Assembly: GCA_964469645.1 (NCBI GenBank)
Contig: CAYXZV010000001.1
Span: 31,790-95,789 of the forward strand
Source of the DNA: an uncultured Methanosarcinales archaeon
GTDB lineage: Archaea; Nanobdellota; Nanobdellia; Woesearchaeales; GW2011-AR4
Direction: 5' to 3'
DNA: 64,000 nt
The translations under genes were made by a program, and so were the position numbers. The first letter of the stretch is position 1, and each line of letters starts with the position of its first letter. The notes below the pieces were generated by a model. The model ran no database searches and was not told the DNA's origin. It worked only from the letters and a program-made list of their open reading frames with translations. Shown in pieces: positions 53,950 through 63,925 of this stretch.

Positions 53950-54252
53950 ATGGGATTTTTTGACCTGTTCAAGAAAAAAAGCGGAAAATTAACACAAGAA
54001 CAAGTTGATGAGATAGAAGAAAAAGTTGAAGAGTCGGAAGAAAAGCACCCAGAAGACGAGACAATATTCTCTAATTTAAGAAAACCTACACAAATAGTTA
54101 AACCTGTTAAAAAGACAGCTAAAAAACCTATTAAAAAGAAAGTTAAAAAATCCAGTGCAAAGAGGGCTAAGAAACAAAGTAAAAAGAAAGTTAAGAAGCA
54201 AGTTAGGAAAGCTAAGAGACCTGCTAAGAAGAAGGGGAAGAAGAAAAGATAA
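53950..54252 (+). CDS. Small protein: amphipathic N-terminus, acidic segment, extremely Lys-rich basic tail
   Basis: MGFFDLFKKKSGKLTQEQVDEIEEKVEE ... then KKPIKKKVKKSSAKRAKKQSKKKVKK. TATA TTTAAATA lies about 45 nt upstream. Confidence 0.6.
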   Translation: MGFFDLFKKKSGKLTQEQVDEIEEKVEESEEKHPEDETIFSNLRKPTQIVKPVKKTAKKPIKKKVKKSSAKRAKKQSKKKVKKQVRKAKRPAKKKGKKKR

Positions 54253-54319
54253 TTCTTAAGTAAACTTTTGGAAATCTTATTCCCAAAACTTTTTAAATAA
54301 ACTCATTCTTATTCAGGCT

Positions 54320-56071
54320 ATGAAAGCTAAAGATCTGAAGAAAAAATATTTTGAATTTTTTAAGGGTAAAAAGCATAAATTAATCAGTTCTGCTTCCTTG
54401 GTTCCTGAGCATGATCCTACTGTCTTATTTACAACTGCAGGGATGCATCCTTTAGTTCCATATCTGATGGGAGAAAAGCATCCTTCTGGTAAGCGTATAG
54501 TGGATGTACAGAAATGCATCCGAACAGGGGATATAGATGAAGTATGGGATCCTAGCCATCTGACATTTTTTGAGATGCTTGGCAACTGGTCTTTAGGGGA
54601 TTACTGGAAAAAGGAAGCTATTGAATGGAGTTTTGAGTTTTTGACATCAAAAAAGTGGCTTAATTTAGATAAAAATAAGCTGTACATAACTGTTTTTAAG
54701 GGAGATAAAGATGCACCTAAAGATGAAGAATCAGTTGAAATATGGAATGGTTTGGGAATCCCTAAAGAAAGGATTTTTTATCTGCCGAAAGAAGATAACT
54801 GGTGGGGGCCTGCCGGTTCAACAGGACCTTGCGGCCCTTGCACAGAAATGTTTTATGACACTGGAAAAGAAAAGTGCGGTAAAGATTGCAAACCGGGCTG
54901 TAGCTGTGGAAAATACTTTGAGGTTTGGAATGATGTCTTTATGCAGTACAATAAAACAAAAGAAGGAAAATATACTGCTTTAAAGCAAAAGAATGTTGAT
55001 ACTGGGATGGGTGTTGAAAGGACAGCAGCAATGCTGCAAGGCAAAAAAACAGTGTATGAAACAGAAATGTTTACCCCCCTTATAGATAAAATAAAATCAG
55101 AAGCAAAAGAACAGAATATAAAATCTATTAGGATAATAACAGATCATCTGAAAGCAGCAACTTTCATTTTAGCAGAAAATATCGCTCCAAGCAACTTAGA
55201 TCAAGGTTACATCCTAAGAAGGTTAATCAGGAGAGCTATAAGGCATTTTAGGTTGTTAGGGATAGAAAAAGAAAATTTTACGTCAGAAATGGCTAAGATA
55301 GTGATTGGTATCTATAAAGATGATTATAAAGAGTTAAAGCAAAATAAGAATTTTATTCTTAATGAACTTGAAAAGGAAGAAAAGAAATTCAAAAAAACTT
55401 TGGAGACTGGTTTAAGAGAGTTTAACAAATTGATTGATAAAGGAATAAAAATAACTGGAAAAGAAGCTTTTATTTTGTTCTCAAGTTACGGTTTTCCTTT
55501 GGAGATGACACAGGAATTAGCAGAAGAGAAAAAATTGAGGATTAATAAAGAAGAGTTTGAAAAAGAATTCAAAAAACACCAAAAACTTTCAAGAGCAGGA
55601 GCAGAAAAAAGATTTAAAGGTGGCTTGGCTGACAGCTCAGAAGAAACAAAAAGATTGCATACTGCAACTCATTTGTTGAATGAGGCTTTGCGGAAAGTTA
55701 TTTCAAAAGATATTGTGCAGAAAGGCTCTAATATAACTCCTGAAAGATTAAGGTTTGACTTTAATTTTGACAGGAAGTTAACTTCTGAAGAAATAAAGAA
55801 AGTTGAAGACCTTATTAATAAAAAAATAAAGGAAGCGATACCTGTTAAAAGGGAAGAGATGTCGTTGGAAGAGGCTAAGAAGAAAAACGCACAAGACGTG
55901 TTTGGACATAAATATACAGATAAGGTTTCTGTTTATACTGTAGGTAATTTTTCTGTTGAGATTTGTGGTGGACCACATGTTTCTAATACCAAAGAATTAG
56001 GAAAATTTAAAATAACAAAAGAAGAGAGTTCTGCTGCTGGTATTAGAAGGATAAAAGCTGTGCTGGAATAA
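54320..56071 (+). CDS. alaS: Alanyl-tRNA synthetase, short form (583 aa)
   Basis: Class IIc core (TFFEMLGNWSLGDYWK, VDTGMGVERT). C-terminal editing-type motifs HTATHLL and CGGPH. No C-Ala/DHHA1-like extension. Confidence 0.85.
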   Translation: MKAKDLKKKYFEFFKGKKHKLISSASLVPEHDPTVLFTTAGMHPLVPYLMGEKHPSGKRIVDVQKCIRTGDIDEVWDPSHLTFFEMLGNWSLGDYWKKEAIEWSFEFLTSKKWLNLDKNKLYITVFKGDKDAPKDEESVEIWNGLGIPKERIFYLPKEDNWWGPAGSTGPCGPCTEMFYDTGKEKCGKDCKPGCSCGKYFEVWNDVFMQYNKTKEGKYTALKQKNVDTGMGVERTAAMLQGKKTVYETEMFTPLIDKIKSEAKEQNIKSIRIITDHLKAATFILAENIAPSNLDQGYILRRLIRRAIRHFRLLGIEKENFTSEMAKIVIGIYKDDYKELKQNKNFILNELEKEEKKFKKTLETGLREFNKLIDKGIKITGKEAFILFSSYGFPLEMTQELAEEKKLRINKEEFEKEFKKHQKLSRAGAEKRFKGGLADSSEETKRLHTATHLLNEALRKVISKDIVQKGSNITPERLRFDFNFDRKLTSEEIKKVEDLINKKIKEAIPVKREEMSLEEAKKKNAQDVFGHKYTDKVSVYTVGNFSVEICGGPHVSNTKELGKFKITKEESSAAGIRRIKAVLE

Positions 56072-56120
56072 TCCCTAGAATTTCGAAATCTTTATATTGA
56101 GTTCTAATTAAAAAACTTGT

Positions 56121-58433
56121 ATGCAAGAAAATAATAAAATCTACTTCGGCATATTCTTAATTTCACTAGCAACTCTAGCTCTAGAAATAAGCTTAATTCG
56201 ATTTTTCTCAATAAGCCAATGGTACCATTTTGCTTTTATGGTTGTGAGTATTGCTTTGTTTGGCATTGCTGCGTCTGGGACTTTTTTGACAATAAAAAAG
56301 TTAAAAAATCCTTTATTTTTATCGTCAATACTATTTTCTATTTCTGTTTTAATTAGCTTTTTTATTACAAATAATTTGATTTTTGACCCTTTTGAGGCAA
56401 TAATAAATTTTAAACATGTTTTTGTTTTATTGGTTTATTATATTTTTCTTGGTTTACCATTTTTCTTTTTTGGGATTATTGTTGCTTATTCTTTTTTAAA
56501 ATTTCAGAATAAAGCAGGGAAAGTATATTTTTACAATATGTCAGGCTCTGCTTTAGGGACGGTAGCTTCATTGTTTTTTATTTCAATCTTTAATGTTAAG
56601 ACAATATTTGTTATTTCATTATTAGGATTATTGTCTTCATTGTTTTTTATGAGTAATAGGAAAAGTATGAATATTGTTTTTGTTTTAATTACAATTAATT
56701 TATCGTTGTTTTTTATTCCCATTGAACTTAATATTTCTAAATATAAAGAATTAAGCCAGGCATTAAATGTTCCTAATTCTAAGCTAATAGACACAAAGTA
56801 TAATTCATTTTCTAGGGTTGATATTGTTGAAAGCTCTTTTACAAGATATGCTCCTGGTTTGAGTCCGACTTTTAGAGGTATTTTGCCAGAGCAGATTGGC
56901 ATTACAGTAGATGCTAGCAGTATGAATTCTATTACAAAATATGAGAATTTAGATTTTATTGATGATTTACCTTCTTCAATTCCATATAAGTTAATAAAAA
57001 ATCCAAAAACATTGATTATTAATTCCGGTGCTGGATTGGATATTTTAGCTGCAGTAAAAAATGATGCTACGGTAACTGCAATAGAAAATAATCCAATTAT
57101 TATTGATTTATTAAAAAATGAATATGCAGACTTTTCTGGAAATATTTACAACAATGCAAATATAATTTTTGGAGAAGGTAGAAGCTTTATTGAAGACAAT
57201 GATGGGAAATATGATGTTATTGTATTATCTTTGGCTGGAAATGTTTTAAGTGGTTCAGCAGGAATTTCTGGATTAAGCGAGAATTATTTATTGACAAAAG
57301 AGGCTTTTGAGGATTATTATGATGCTTTAAGTGATGATGGATTTTTAGTAATAACAAGGTGGCTTTTATTCCCTCCAAGGGAAAGTTTAAGGTTGTTTTC
57401 TTTAGCTTTAGAAATTGATAAAGATGCTAAAAAAACTGCAATGTTTAGGTCATGGACTACTGTTACATTAGTTTTGTCGAAAAAAGATTTGGATGTAATG
57501 ACAACAGCAAGGATTAAGAATTTCATTAATAAAAATAAATTTGATATTATTTATTTGCCGTCTAATTTTGCACCAAATAAAAATCTTAAGTTCGAGGAGC
57601 CTTATTATTACAATGCTGTTCAGAATTTAATTAAAAATAAAAAAGATTTTTATGAAAATTATGTTTTTGATGTAAAACCAGTAACTGATAATAGACCTTT
57701 TTATTTTAATTTCTTTAAAGTTTCAAGAATTAATGAGCTAAGAAGTTTAATTAATCAGAAATGGAATCCATTATTCGATTCTGGGTTTTTATTATTTGTA
57801 ATTTTTATCCAAGCATTAATTTTAGCATTGATTTTTATTTTATTGCCAATAAGATTTTTTAATAAGATCAATAAGAAGATAAGTAAGAAACCACTATTTT
57901 ATTTCTTTGCAATTGGTTTGAGCTATTTATTTATAGAAATTGTTTTGATGCAGAAATTTGTTTTGTTTTTGGGCCATGTTATGTTTTCTTCTTCCACAAT
58001 AATATTCTCAATGTTATTATTTTCCAGTCTAGGAGCTTTATATTCGCAAAGATTTAATATTAAGAAGTTAAATAAGATTATTTTTATGATTTTTATTTTA
58101 ATTATTTTTTATTTATTTTTATTGAATTTTATTATTAATTCTTTTATTTCAATGAATTTAATATCAAAAATAGTATTAAGTGTAATAATTACTGCTCCTT
58201 TGGGATTTATAATGGGCTTTCCGTTTCCATTAGGAATGAGAGCAATAAAGAAAGAATTAATACCCTGGGCATGGGGTGTTAATGGGAGTGCTTCTGTTTT
58301 AAGCCCGATATTAGCAATTTTATTTGCATTATTTATTGGTTATAATTTTGTTTTACTTTTGGCTGGATTGATTTATTTAGTTGGGCTTATATTTATTTTT
58401 CCAAAGCCTTACCTGTCAAAGGCACAAATCTGA
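56121..58433 (+). CDS. Polytopic membrane protein with a central spermidine-synthase-like (class I methyltransferase fold) domain
   Basis: About 7 N-terminal and 6 C-terminal TMs flank a soluble region ([15 protein letters not shown] ... YDVIVLSL). The palindrome ATTTCGAAAT (56080-56089) abuts a TATA-like CTTTATAT. Confidence 0.6.
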   Translation: MQENNKIYFGIFLISLATLALEISLIRFFSISQWYHFAFMVVSIALFGIAASGTFLTIKKLKNPLFLSSILFSISVLISFFITNNLIFDPFEAIINFKHVFVLLVYYIFLGLPFFFFGIIVAYSFLKFQNKAGKVYFYNMSGSALGTVASLFFISIFNVKTIFVISLLGLLSSLFFMSNRKSMNIVFVLITINLSLFFIPIELNISKYKELSQALNVPNSKLIDTKYNSFSRVDIVESSFTRYAPGLSPTFRGILPEQIGITVDASSMNSITKYENLDFIDDLPSSIPYKLIKNPKTLIINSGAGLDILAAVKNDATVTAIENNPIIIDLLKNEYADFSGNIYNNANIIFGEGRSFIEDNDGKYDVIVLSLAGNVLSGSAGISGLSENYLLTKEAFEDYYDALSDDGFLVITRWLLFPPRESLRLFSLALEIDKDAKKTAMFRSWTTVTLVLSKKDLDVMTTARIKNFINKNKFDIIYLPSNFAPNKNLKFEEPYYYNAVQNLIKNKKDFYENYVFDVKPVTDNRPFYFNFFKVSRINELRSLINQKWNPLFDSGFLLFVIFIQALILALIFILLPIRFFNKINKKISKKPLFYFFAIGLSYLFIEIVLMQKFVLFLGHVMFSSSTIIFSMLLFSSLGALYSQRFNIKKLNKIIFMIFILIIFYLFLLNFIINSFISMNLISKIVLSVIITAPLGFIMGFPFPLGMRAIKKELIPWAWGVNGSASVLSPILAILFALFIGYNFVLLLAGLIYLVGLIFIFPKPYLSKAQI

Positions 58434-59154
58434 CACCAGTTATGAATTCAGTTTCTAGGTCATTACCTTTTTTGGTTACTAAGGTCAATGTTTGGAATGT
58501 TAAAGTGCTTCCTAATGGAATTATTAACTTGCCATTATCCTTTAATTGCTCTAATAAAGGAAGAGGTATATGGTTTGCGGCTGCTGTAACAATTATTGCA
58601 TCATATGGCGCAAATTCTTCCCAGCCAAAATAACCATCTGCATTTTTTACTTTTACATTATTATATCCTAAATTTTTTAATCTTTGTTCTGCAGAATCTG
58701 CTAATTTACTAATGATCTCAATAGTATAAACTTCTTTTACTAGCTTAGATAAAACAGCTGCCTGGTAGCCTGAACCAGTTCCTAATTCCAAAACTTTGTT
58801 ATTTTTATCTACTTCTAAGGCTTGTGTCATTAAAGCTACAATATATGGCTGGCTTATGGTTTGTCCGTAACCAATGGGCAATGGATTATCATCATATGCA
58901 TTATTTTTTAATACATCTGGAACAAATTTATGACGTTCTATTTTTCCCATGACATCAAGAACTTTTTCATCAATAATATAACGAGTTTTTAATTGTTGCT
59001 CAACCATGTTTTTTCTTAGTTCAGTATACTTATCAACATCTTCTATAATCTCTTTTTTCTCAATATTATTTCCATTAGATATTAAGATAAAAATTATTAG
59101 AACTATTATTAAGAATAAGATTATCTTTTTTGTATTTTTTTTGTCCTTTTTCAT
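58393..59154 (-). CDS. pcm: Protein-L-isoaspartate O-methyltransferase with an N-terminal TM anchor
   Basis: [39 protein letters not shown]-terminus [26 protein letters not shown]. Confidence 0.85.
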   Translation of the reverse strand: MKKDKKNTKKIILFLIIVLIIFILISNGNNIEKKEIIEDVDKYTELRKNMVEQQLKTRYIIDEKVLDVMGKIERHKFVPDVLKNNAYDDNPLPIGYGQTISQPYIVALMTQALEVDKNNKVLELGTGSGYQAAVLSKLVKEVYTIEIISKLADSAEQRLKNLGYNNVKVKNADGYFGWEEFAPYDAIIVTAAANHIPLPLLEQLKDNGKLIIPLGSTLTFQTLTLVTKKGNDLETEFITGVRFVPLTGKALEK

Positions 59155-59226
59155 AGTGACGGAAAAAAATTTATTGGTTTGTATAATATCATCCTACTCA
59201 TTTTTCTAAGAATTATTTTTAACGGG

Positions 59227-59535
59227 TCACTTTAACTTATACACAACATCATTCTGCCTTACTTGATCTTTTACTTTTAAGCCAACACTTTTTCCTTTTT
59301 TTGCTTCCTCTACCTTATCATGCTCTATCTGCATGCTATCCACTTTTTGCTCAAAGTCTGTTGTTGCGCCTTTGATTCTTATTTTGTCTCCAACTTTTAG
59401 AGTTCCTTTTAGTTCTATAATTCCAACACCCAGATTTGTGAAGTAATGGCTTATTTTGCCAACTTCTTTTCCAAGTTCCTCAGTCTTTTCCTTTTTCCCT
59501 GGAGCCTTTTTCTTAGTTTTTTTTGCTTCAGCCAT
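59227..59535 (-). CDS. EF-Tu domain-2-like beta-barrel protein
   Basis: ISHYFTNLGVGIIELKGTLKVGDKIRIKGATTDFEQKVDSMQIEH..VEEAKKG.SVGLKV matches small translation-factor-like beta-barrel proteins. Confidence 0.6.
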   Translation of the reverse strand: MAEAKKTKKKAPGKKEKTEELGKEVGKISHYFTNLGVGIIELKGTLKVGDKIRIKGATTDFEQKVDSMQIEHDKVEEAKKGKSVGLKVKDQVRQNDVVYKLK

Positions 59536-59601
59536 AAAAACCACCCATTTGAGTACTTTTACTATTAAAATATATAAACTTGTCGAATGTTTTCTAAAAT
59601 C

Positions 59602-61032
59602 TCAATCACTAACATTCGCCCTATTAGAACTTGAAGTGAAGGTTTTATTATTGTGTTTGAAGACTGCTCTTGCAACCGGTAATGAGAAGCTTCCAAGTAT
59701 GGACAATCTTGATTTTATCCTGTAAGATAATACGCGTTCTTCTGAGGTATCCAGAGAATCTATGCTCCATTTTACAATAGTAGTGCCTTTTCTTTCGTGC
59801 TTCAGGACTTTTGTTGGCTGCAAAGAACCGATAGGAACATCTCCCCCTACAGAAACCAAGCCAGGAATATAATCAGTTATGTCAAGACCACCTATCTTAT
59901 TCTGGCCTCGGTTTTTTATATGCAAAACAACAGTCATTGCTGAGATACCACCTTCACTCTTGGTGATGTTCTTTGTCTCTTTTAACATAGTCAATGGTGA
60001 CCTAAGGAGATAATATCCTGCTACTGTCGCAATTAACAATGCGATAACTGCAAACAAGGGTATGTAATTCTTTGTGACTACAACCTGCATGCGATTGTTT
60101 TCCAGTTCAACGTCAAGAACAAAGTATTTTTTACCGTTTTCTTTTACAACCTTTGCTTTTGGGCTTGTAGAGGAGAATATTGATTCAAATGAAGAAGTCT
60201 CGACCTTAAATTTCCCCTCATATTCGTTGTTGTTTGACCTAAAGTCATAATAGCTTCTTGTCAGCAACAGTCTTTTATCTTCCTTGACGAGTTCTTTGTC
60301 TCCGTATTCAACTATCTCTATCTTCCTTACAATAGGATTTATTATCTTTTTGTCACCTTTAAATACGGTGACTGCTAATTGATCTTCTTGAGGTTCTGTT
60401 AAAGGATCAAGGTTTACTTTAACTTCCAAAGTTTTTTCGCCTTTTGGTTCCAGTTGTGTGGTTATAGTTTCCTGGATAAGATCGCTTTCCAGCTTTACAA
60501 CTAAATCCGGATAATCTATAACATTCTGGTTATTAAGGCTGATTTTGATTGTTATTTCTTCTCTGGGATCTATCTTTTCAGGTATTTCCACTCCAGTTAC
60601 AACTGTCGGGACATAGCCACCGATTAAGGGGGATGTTGATAATATCGTAACTTTCAAAGGTACGGAGACAAAGCTATCTGTAGCTTTTGATTTGACGTTT
60701 ACACTTACTTGGTATGTTCCGATGTCTCTTATTTTCAATGGATCAACTACAAGTTCTACGCTTCCCTGTTCTCCGGGCTTTAGTTCAAGTGTTATTGGAT
60801 TCACTATAGGATCTGTTCGGATATCCCATGTTGGGAAGGCAAGACTATAGATTCTGTATTCATCGCTTTTCGCAAGATTGTTTTTTACATCTAATTTGAA
60901 AGTTGCAAATTCATCAATAACAATCCTGTTATTTATCGGAGTTGCACCCACATCAAAAGAAGAAGCATTTGCTATTGAGATAAATAGCGAGAATATTATA
61001 GTAATGAGTATGAATTTTCTAAGTAAAATCAT
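59602..61032 (-). CDS. Envelope protein with signal peptide, Ig-like/CARDB-like domains and an internal TM
   Basis: Signal ILITIIFSLFISIANA. Repeated beta-rich domains. TM IPLFAVIALLIATVAGYYLL. C-terminal beta domain. Confidence 0.7.
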   Translation of the reverse strand: MILLRKFILITIIFSLFISIANASSFDVGATPINNRIVIDEFATFKLDVKNNLAKSDEYRIYSLAFPTWDIRTDPIVNPITLELKPGEQGSVELVVDPLKIRDIGTYQVSVNVKSKATDSFVSVPLKVTILSTSPLIGGYVPTVVTGVEIPEKIDPREEITIKISLNNQNVIDYPDLVVKLESDLIQETITTQLEPKGEKTLEVKVNLDPLTEPQEDQLAVTVFKGDKKIINPIVRKIEIVEYGDKELVKEDKRLLLTRSYYDFRSNNNEYEGKFKVETSSFESIFSSTSPKAKVVKENGKKYFVLDVELENNRMQVVVTKNYIPLFAVIALLIATVAGYYLLRSPLTMLKETKNITKSEGGISAMTVVLHIKNRGQNKIGGLDITDYIPGLVSVGGDVPIGSLQPTKVLKHERKGTTIVKWSIDSLDTSEERVLSYRIKSRLSILGSFSLPVARAVFKHNNKTFTSSSNRANVSD

Positions 61033-61157
61033 GGAATTCCACCAGATTTCCCTATTAATATACTTATATATAAATGTTTTTGATTGTAGAACTCTATAAA
61101 AACCTCACGCGCATATGCCCAATGGTTAGAATAAAGAATTTTAAAAAATAAGTGAAA

Positions 61158-61607
61158 TTATGATATAGTTCGCGAAAAAAATTTATTTTTAGGTCGGTAT
61201 TTAGTTTCACCTGGTGAAAATCTTTTGATAAATCTTTTTCCCCGATACAAATCAACAAAATCAATAGAAACTGGATCCTCAGGTATAATTCTTATAATGC
61301 CTCTTCTTACGTTTTCACGCTCAATACCTTCAGCATAATAGAGTCTTACACTATAAAGATCTTCTTCATTAGGTCTAATGTGACGATCTCGAGTACCCAT
61401 AATTGCTCTCATTTCCAAGTCTGAAAAAGGACCCAATAAAGCGACTCCATCTATACCATCAGGTTGGTATCGGGGTTCTCTTCTAAAAAGCTCAACTATA
61501 ATTTCTGCATCAACTGACATGGAAGAATCAACACTCAAAAATTGTTGAAATGTAGGATAGGCACTACCTGTATCATTGTAATTCAATTGGAGTACATTTA
61601 ATGTCAT
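61158..61607 (-). CDS. Hypothetical protein
   Basis: ORF track. Start moved to the ATG just after the upstream stop. No family recognised. Confidence 0.5.
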   Translation of the reverse strand: MTLNVLQLNYNDTGSAYPTFQQFLSVDSSMSVDAEIIVELFRREPRYQPDGIDGVALLGPFSDLEMRAIMGTRDRHIRPNEEDLYSVRLYYAEGIERENVRRGIIRIIPEDPVSIDFVDLYRGKRFIKRFSPGETKYRPKNKFFSRTIS

Positions 61608-61611
61608 TTTA

Positions 61612-62040
61612 TTATTTCCCTTCCGGAACAATGATCCATGCAATTATGTAAGCTAAAACTCCTACTCCACCAGTGATGAGGGTAGCTACAACCCATAATA
61701 ATCTTACAACAGTAGGATCAACATCTAAATACTTTCCTATGCCTGCACAAACACCAGCTATCATCCTGTTTTTCCTGCTTCTCAAAAGTTTTTTGCCCTT
61801 GAATTTTTTTGATTTCATCGGTTTCCACCTCATCGATTTTGCGAATATGAAATAAATCAAAGCCCCTATAAGACTAAAAAAGAATATTATTATTAGCCAA
61901 AAGAGTTTTTCAGGAACACTTAATCTGGAAGATAAGCAACTGATTATTGCCCAAATCCAGAATATAAATAAAAAAATAACAAATAAAAATACAAGAATCA
62001 TAATCCATAATGGAAAAAACATCAGTTCGAAAAATACCAT
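61612..62040 (-). CDS. PLD-N-like TM domain + PspC-domain membrane protein
   Basis: RSRKNRMIAGVCAGIGKYLDVDPTVVRLLWVVATL is a PspC signature. The N-terminal LFWLIIIFFFSLIGALIYFIF resembles the cardiolipin-synthase N-terminal TM motif. Confidence 0.75.
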   Translation of the reverse strand: MVFFELMFFPLWIMILVFLFVIFLFIFWIWAIISCLSSRLSVPEKLFWLIIIFFFSLIGALIYFIFAKSMRWKPMKSKKFKGKKLLRSRKNRMIAGVCAGIGKYLDVDPTVVRLLWVVATLITGGVGVLAYIIAWIIVPEGK

Positions 62041-62041
62041 C

Positions 62042-63151
62042 TTACAGCACTATATATGGTTTCAGCTTTATTTTTAAAGTTTCCTCTATATTCCCCTCTT
62101 CTTCATAAGTAGTGTAGATGAATTTTTTCTTATTCTTTTCATACTGCTTGATTTTTGATTTTATTACCTTATCATTGCTCTTAACATTATTGAGTTTAAA
62201 ATGATCCAAGTACAAATCAAGCTTTGGCACAAAAAATGTAGCTTTAAAGTCATCTTTATCAGCCCAGGAAACAACCATGTTGTACTGGAAGATTAAATTA
62301 TTTTCAAACAAGAAATTAGCAATCATTTTCTCTGCTTTGTTTGCAACATAATGTCCTGTTTTCGTCTTGAATTTCATATCATTGTCAGGAACTTTGGAAT
62401 GTTTTCCTTTGATCCCCATCTCTTTCCTTATATCCTCAAATAACTCCAAATTCTCCCGATTTTCATAGTCTTTCTTTATCATCAATACGTTATCAAACGA
62501 AAGCATTGCATCTTTTACCTGGCCTAATAACAATTCCATATGCCCTTTTTTGTACCATGCATCAGCATCATTCCTGTCCATCTCAGTTGTTTTTGTGAAG
62601 CAGTCATGGGCCAACTTAAGCAGATTATCTTTCTCGTCAATTTTCTTGAAAATTTCCAATGTCTTCTCATCAACATCGAATTCCGATTCCATCTTTATCG
62701 CATAGGTACTTTCATCACGATCTTCCTTAAGAAACTGTTTTACACCATAATAGCAGTTCCCTTTGCTCATCAAGGCTTTTACCTTATTTTCATCTTCGAT
62801 ATTTTCTATTTTCAGGGATTTATCAAAAAATTCTATCGACTCATCGAATTTATTTAAGAAAGAATAAGATGCTGCTATGTTGAAATAAAGCTTGAAGAAG
62901 AATTCAGCAGGTTTCTTGAACATCTGCTCATTTTCATTGAATGGGTATATTTCCAAGGCCTTATTGTACTCATCAATTGCAGTCTTGTATTGTTTCAGAT
63001 GAGCTAACCTGTCAGCCTCTTTTTTTATTTGCTCTGCTTTCTGCAGCTGTTCGTTTTCCCTGTAACTTTCAAGCTTATTTTTTTCAATGTCTTCTTCTAC
63101 TTTTCTCTGCTTTCTTTTTTCCAAAGCTTCCTTTATTTTTCCTATCACCAT
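62042..63151 (-). CDS. TPR-repeat protein with a C-terminal domain of possible PD-(D/E)xK-like type
   Basis: TPR-like helices (AIDEYNKALEIYP, ESIEFFDKSLKI, DAWYKKGHMELLLG). The C-terminal ANKAEKMIANFLFENNLIFQYN...VPKLDLYLDHF weakly resembles nuclease-related domains. Confidence 0.55.
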   Translation of the reverse strand: MVIGKIKEALEKRKQRKVEEDIEKNKLESYRENEQLQKAEQIKKEADRLAHLKQYKTAIDEYNKALEIYPFNENEQMFKKPAEFFFKLYFNIAASYSFLNKFDESIEFFDKSLKIENIEDENKVKALMSKGNCYYGVKQFLKEDRDESTYAIKMESEFDVDEKTLEIFKKIDEKDNLLKLAHDCFTKTTEMDRNDADAWYKKGHMELLLGQVKDAMLSFDNVLMIKKDYENRENLELFEDIRKEMGIKGKHSKVPDNDMKFKTKTGHYVANKAEKMIANFLFENNLIFQYNMVVSWADKDDFKATFFVPKLDLYLDHFKLNNVKSNDKVIKSKIKQYEKNKKKFIYTTYEEEGNIEETLKIKLKPYIVL

Positions 63152-63194
63152 TCTAAAGTGCTAATAATCAAAGAAATATTTAAACTTTGCTTTT

Positions 63195-63270
63195 GTGCGT
63201 ACCCGCACACCAGTAGTGGGGTGCAAAGCACCCCACAGTGTTTTACGGCAACGTAAAATCTGGCATGCAC
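63195..63270 (+). ncRNA. GC-rich structured element, motif copy C (candidate small RNA or operator)
   Basis: GTGCGTACCCGCACACCAG, then the perfect hairpins TGGGGTGC-AAA-GCACCCCA and TTTTACG-GCAA-CGTAAAA (GNRA loop). The ends GTGCGT/ATGCAC and CCAG/CTGG can pair. Confidence 0.35.
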
Positions 63271-63314
63271 AAAACAAAATCATTAAATAGGATTAGGTTT
63301 ACTTCATCAATTAA

Positions 63315-63809
63315 ATGGATTACAAACATTCTCTGCAAAAGGCAAAAGATTTTGCTGATATATTCCATTTGGTAAAGAAGATAGTGAAAAATTACCTTAA
63401 TACTGATCAAGCAGGGCTTCTTCTTGGATTGAGCGATCTAGGAGCTTATGGCCAGTCTTATCTTGGTGCTTTTTATTCATTTGATGCAAATACTATTGTT
63501 ATCAACAAAAGGCCATTGAACAATATTAAACAAACGAAACCTAATTTATACAATCCCTATATTTTCCATGTTTTACTGCATGAATATGTACATAGCTTGG
63601 GAGTAGTTGAAGAATCAGAAGTAAGGCAGTTTGTTTATGAGATAACTGAAAAATATTTTGGTAAAAATCATTTGGCTACGCAGATCGCTTTGGACCTGGA
63701 AAAATTTCTCCCTAACTTAACCTTTGGAGAAGATTTTGAGGTTCCTGAAGACATGAGCATAGAGTTCATTTCCGGGATTGACAGAGATAATACTGATTAT
63801 ATTATGTAG
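63315..63809 (+). CDS. Small putative zinc metallopeptidase
   Basis: HExxH motif in VLLHEYVHSLG. 164 aa. Confidence 0.55.
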   Translation: MDYKHSLQKAKDFADIFHLVKKIVKNYLNTDQAGLLLGLSDLGAYGQSYLGAFYSFDANTIVINKRPLNNIKQTKPNLYNPYIFHVLLHEYVHSLGVVEESEVRQFVYEITEKYFGKNHLATQIALDLEKFLPNLTFGEDFEVPEDMSIEFISGIDRDNTDYIM

Positions 63810-63925
63810 ATATTTCATTTAAAACTAATCAAAATCCGAAAGGTTTTTATTTACCTTATAGATTAACTTATCAAAAAAGGGGTGACAGAGACTTATTTAA
63901 GCAGTAATAGTTCAGTTTTGTTAAA

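Noticed and set aside
63195-63270. 76-nt element as a tRNA gene
   Set aside because: The length is suggestive, but the central hairpin has a 3-nt loop. No D or T arm consensus and no 7-nt anticodon loop can be drawn.
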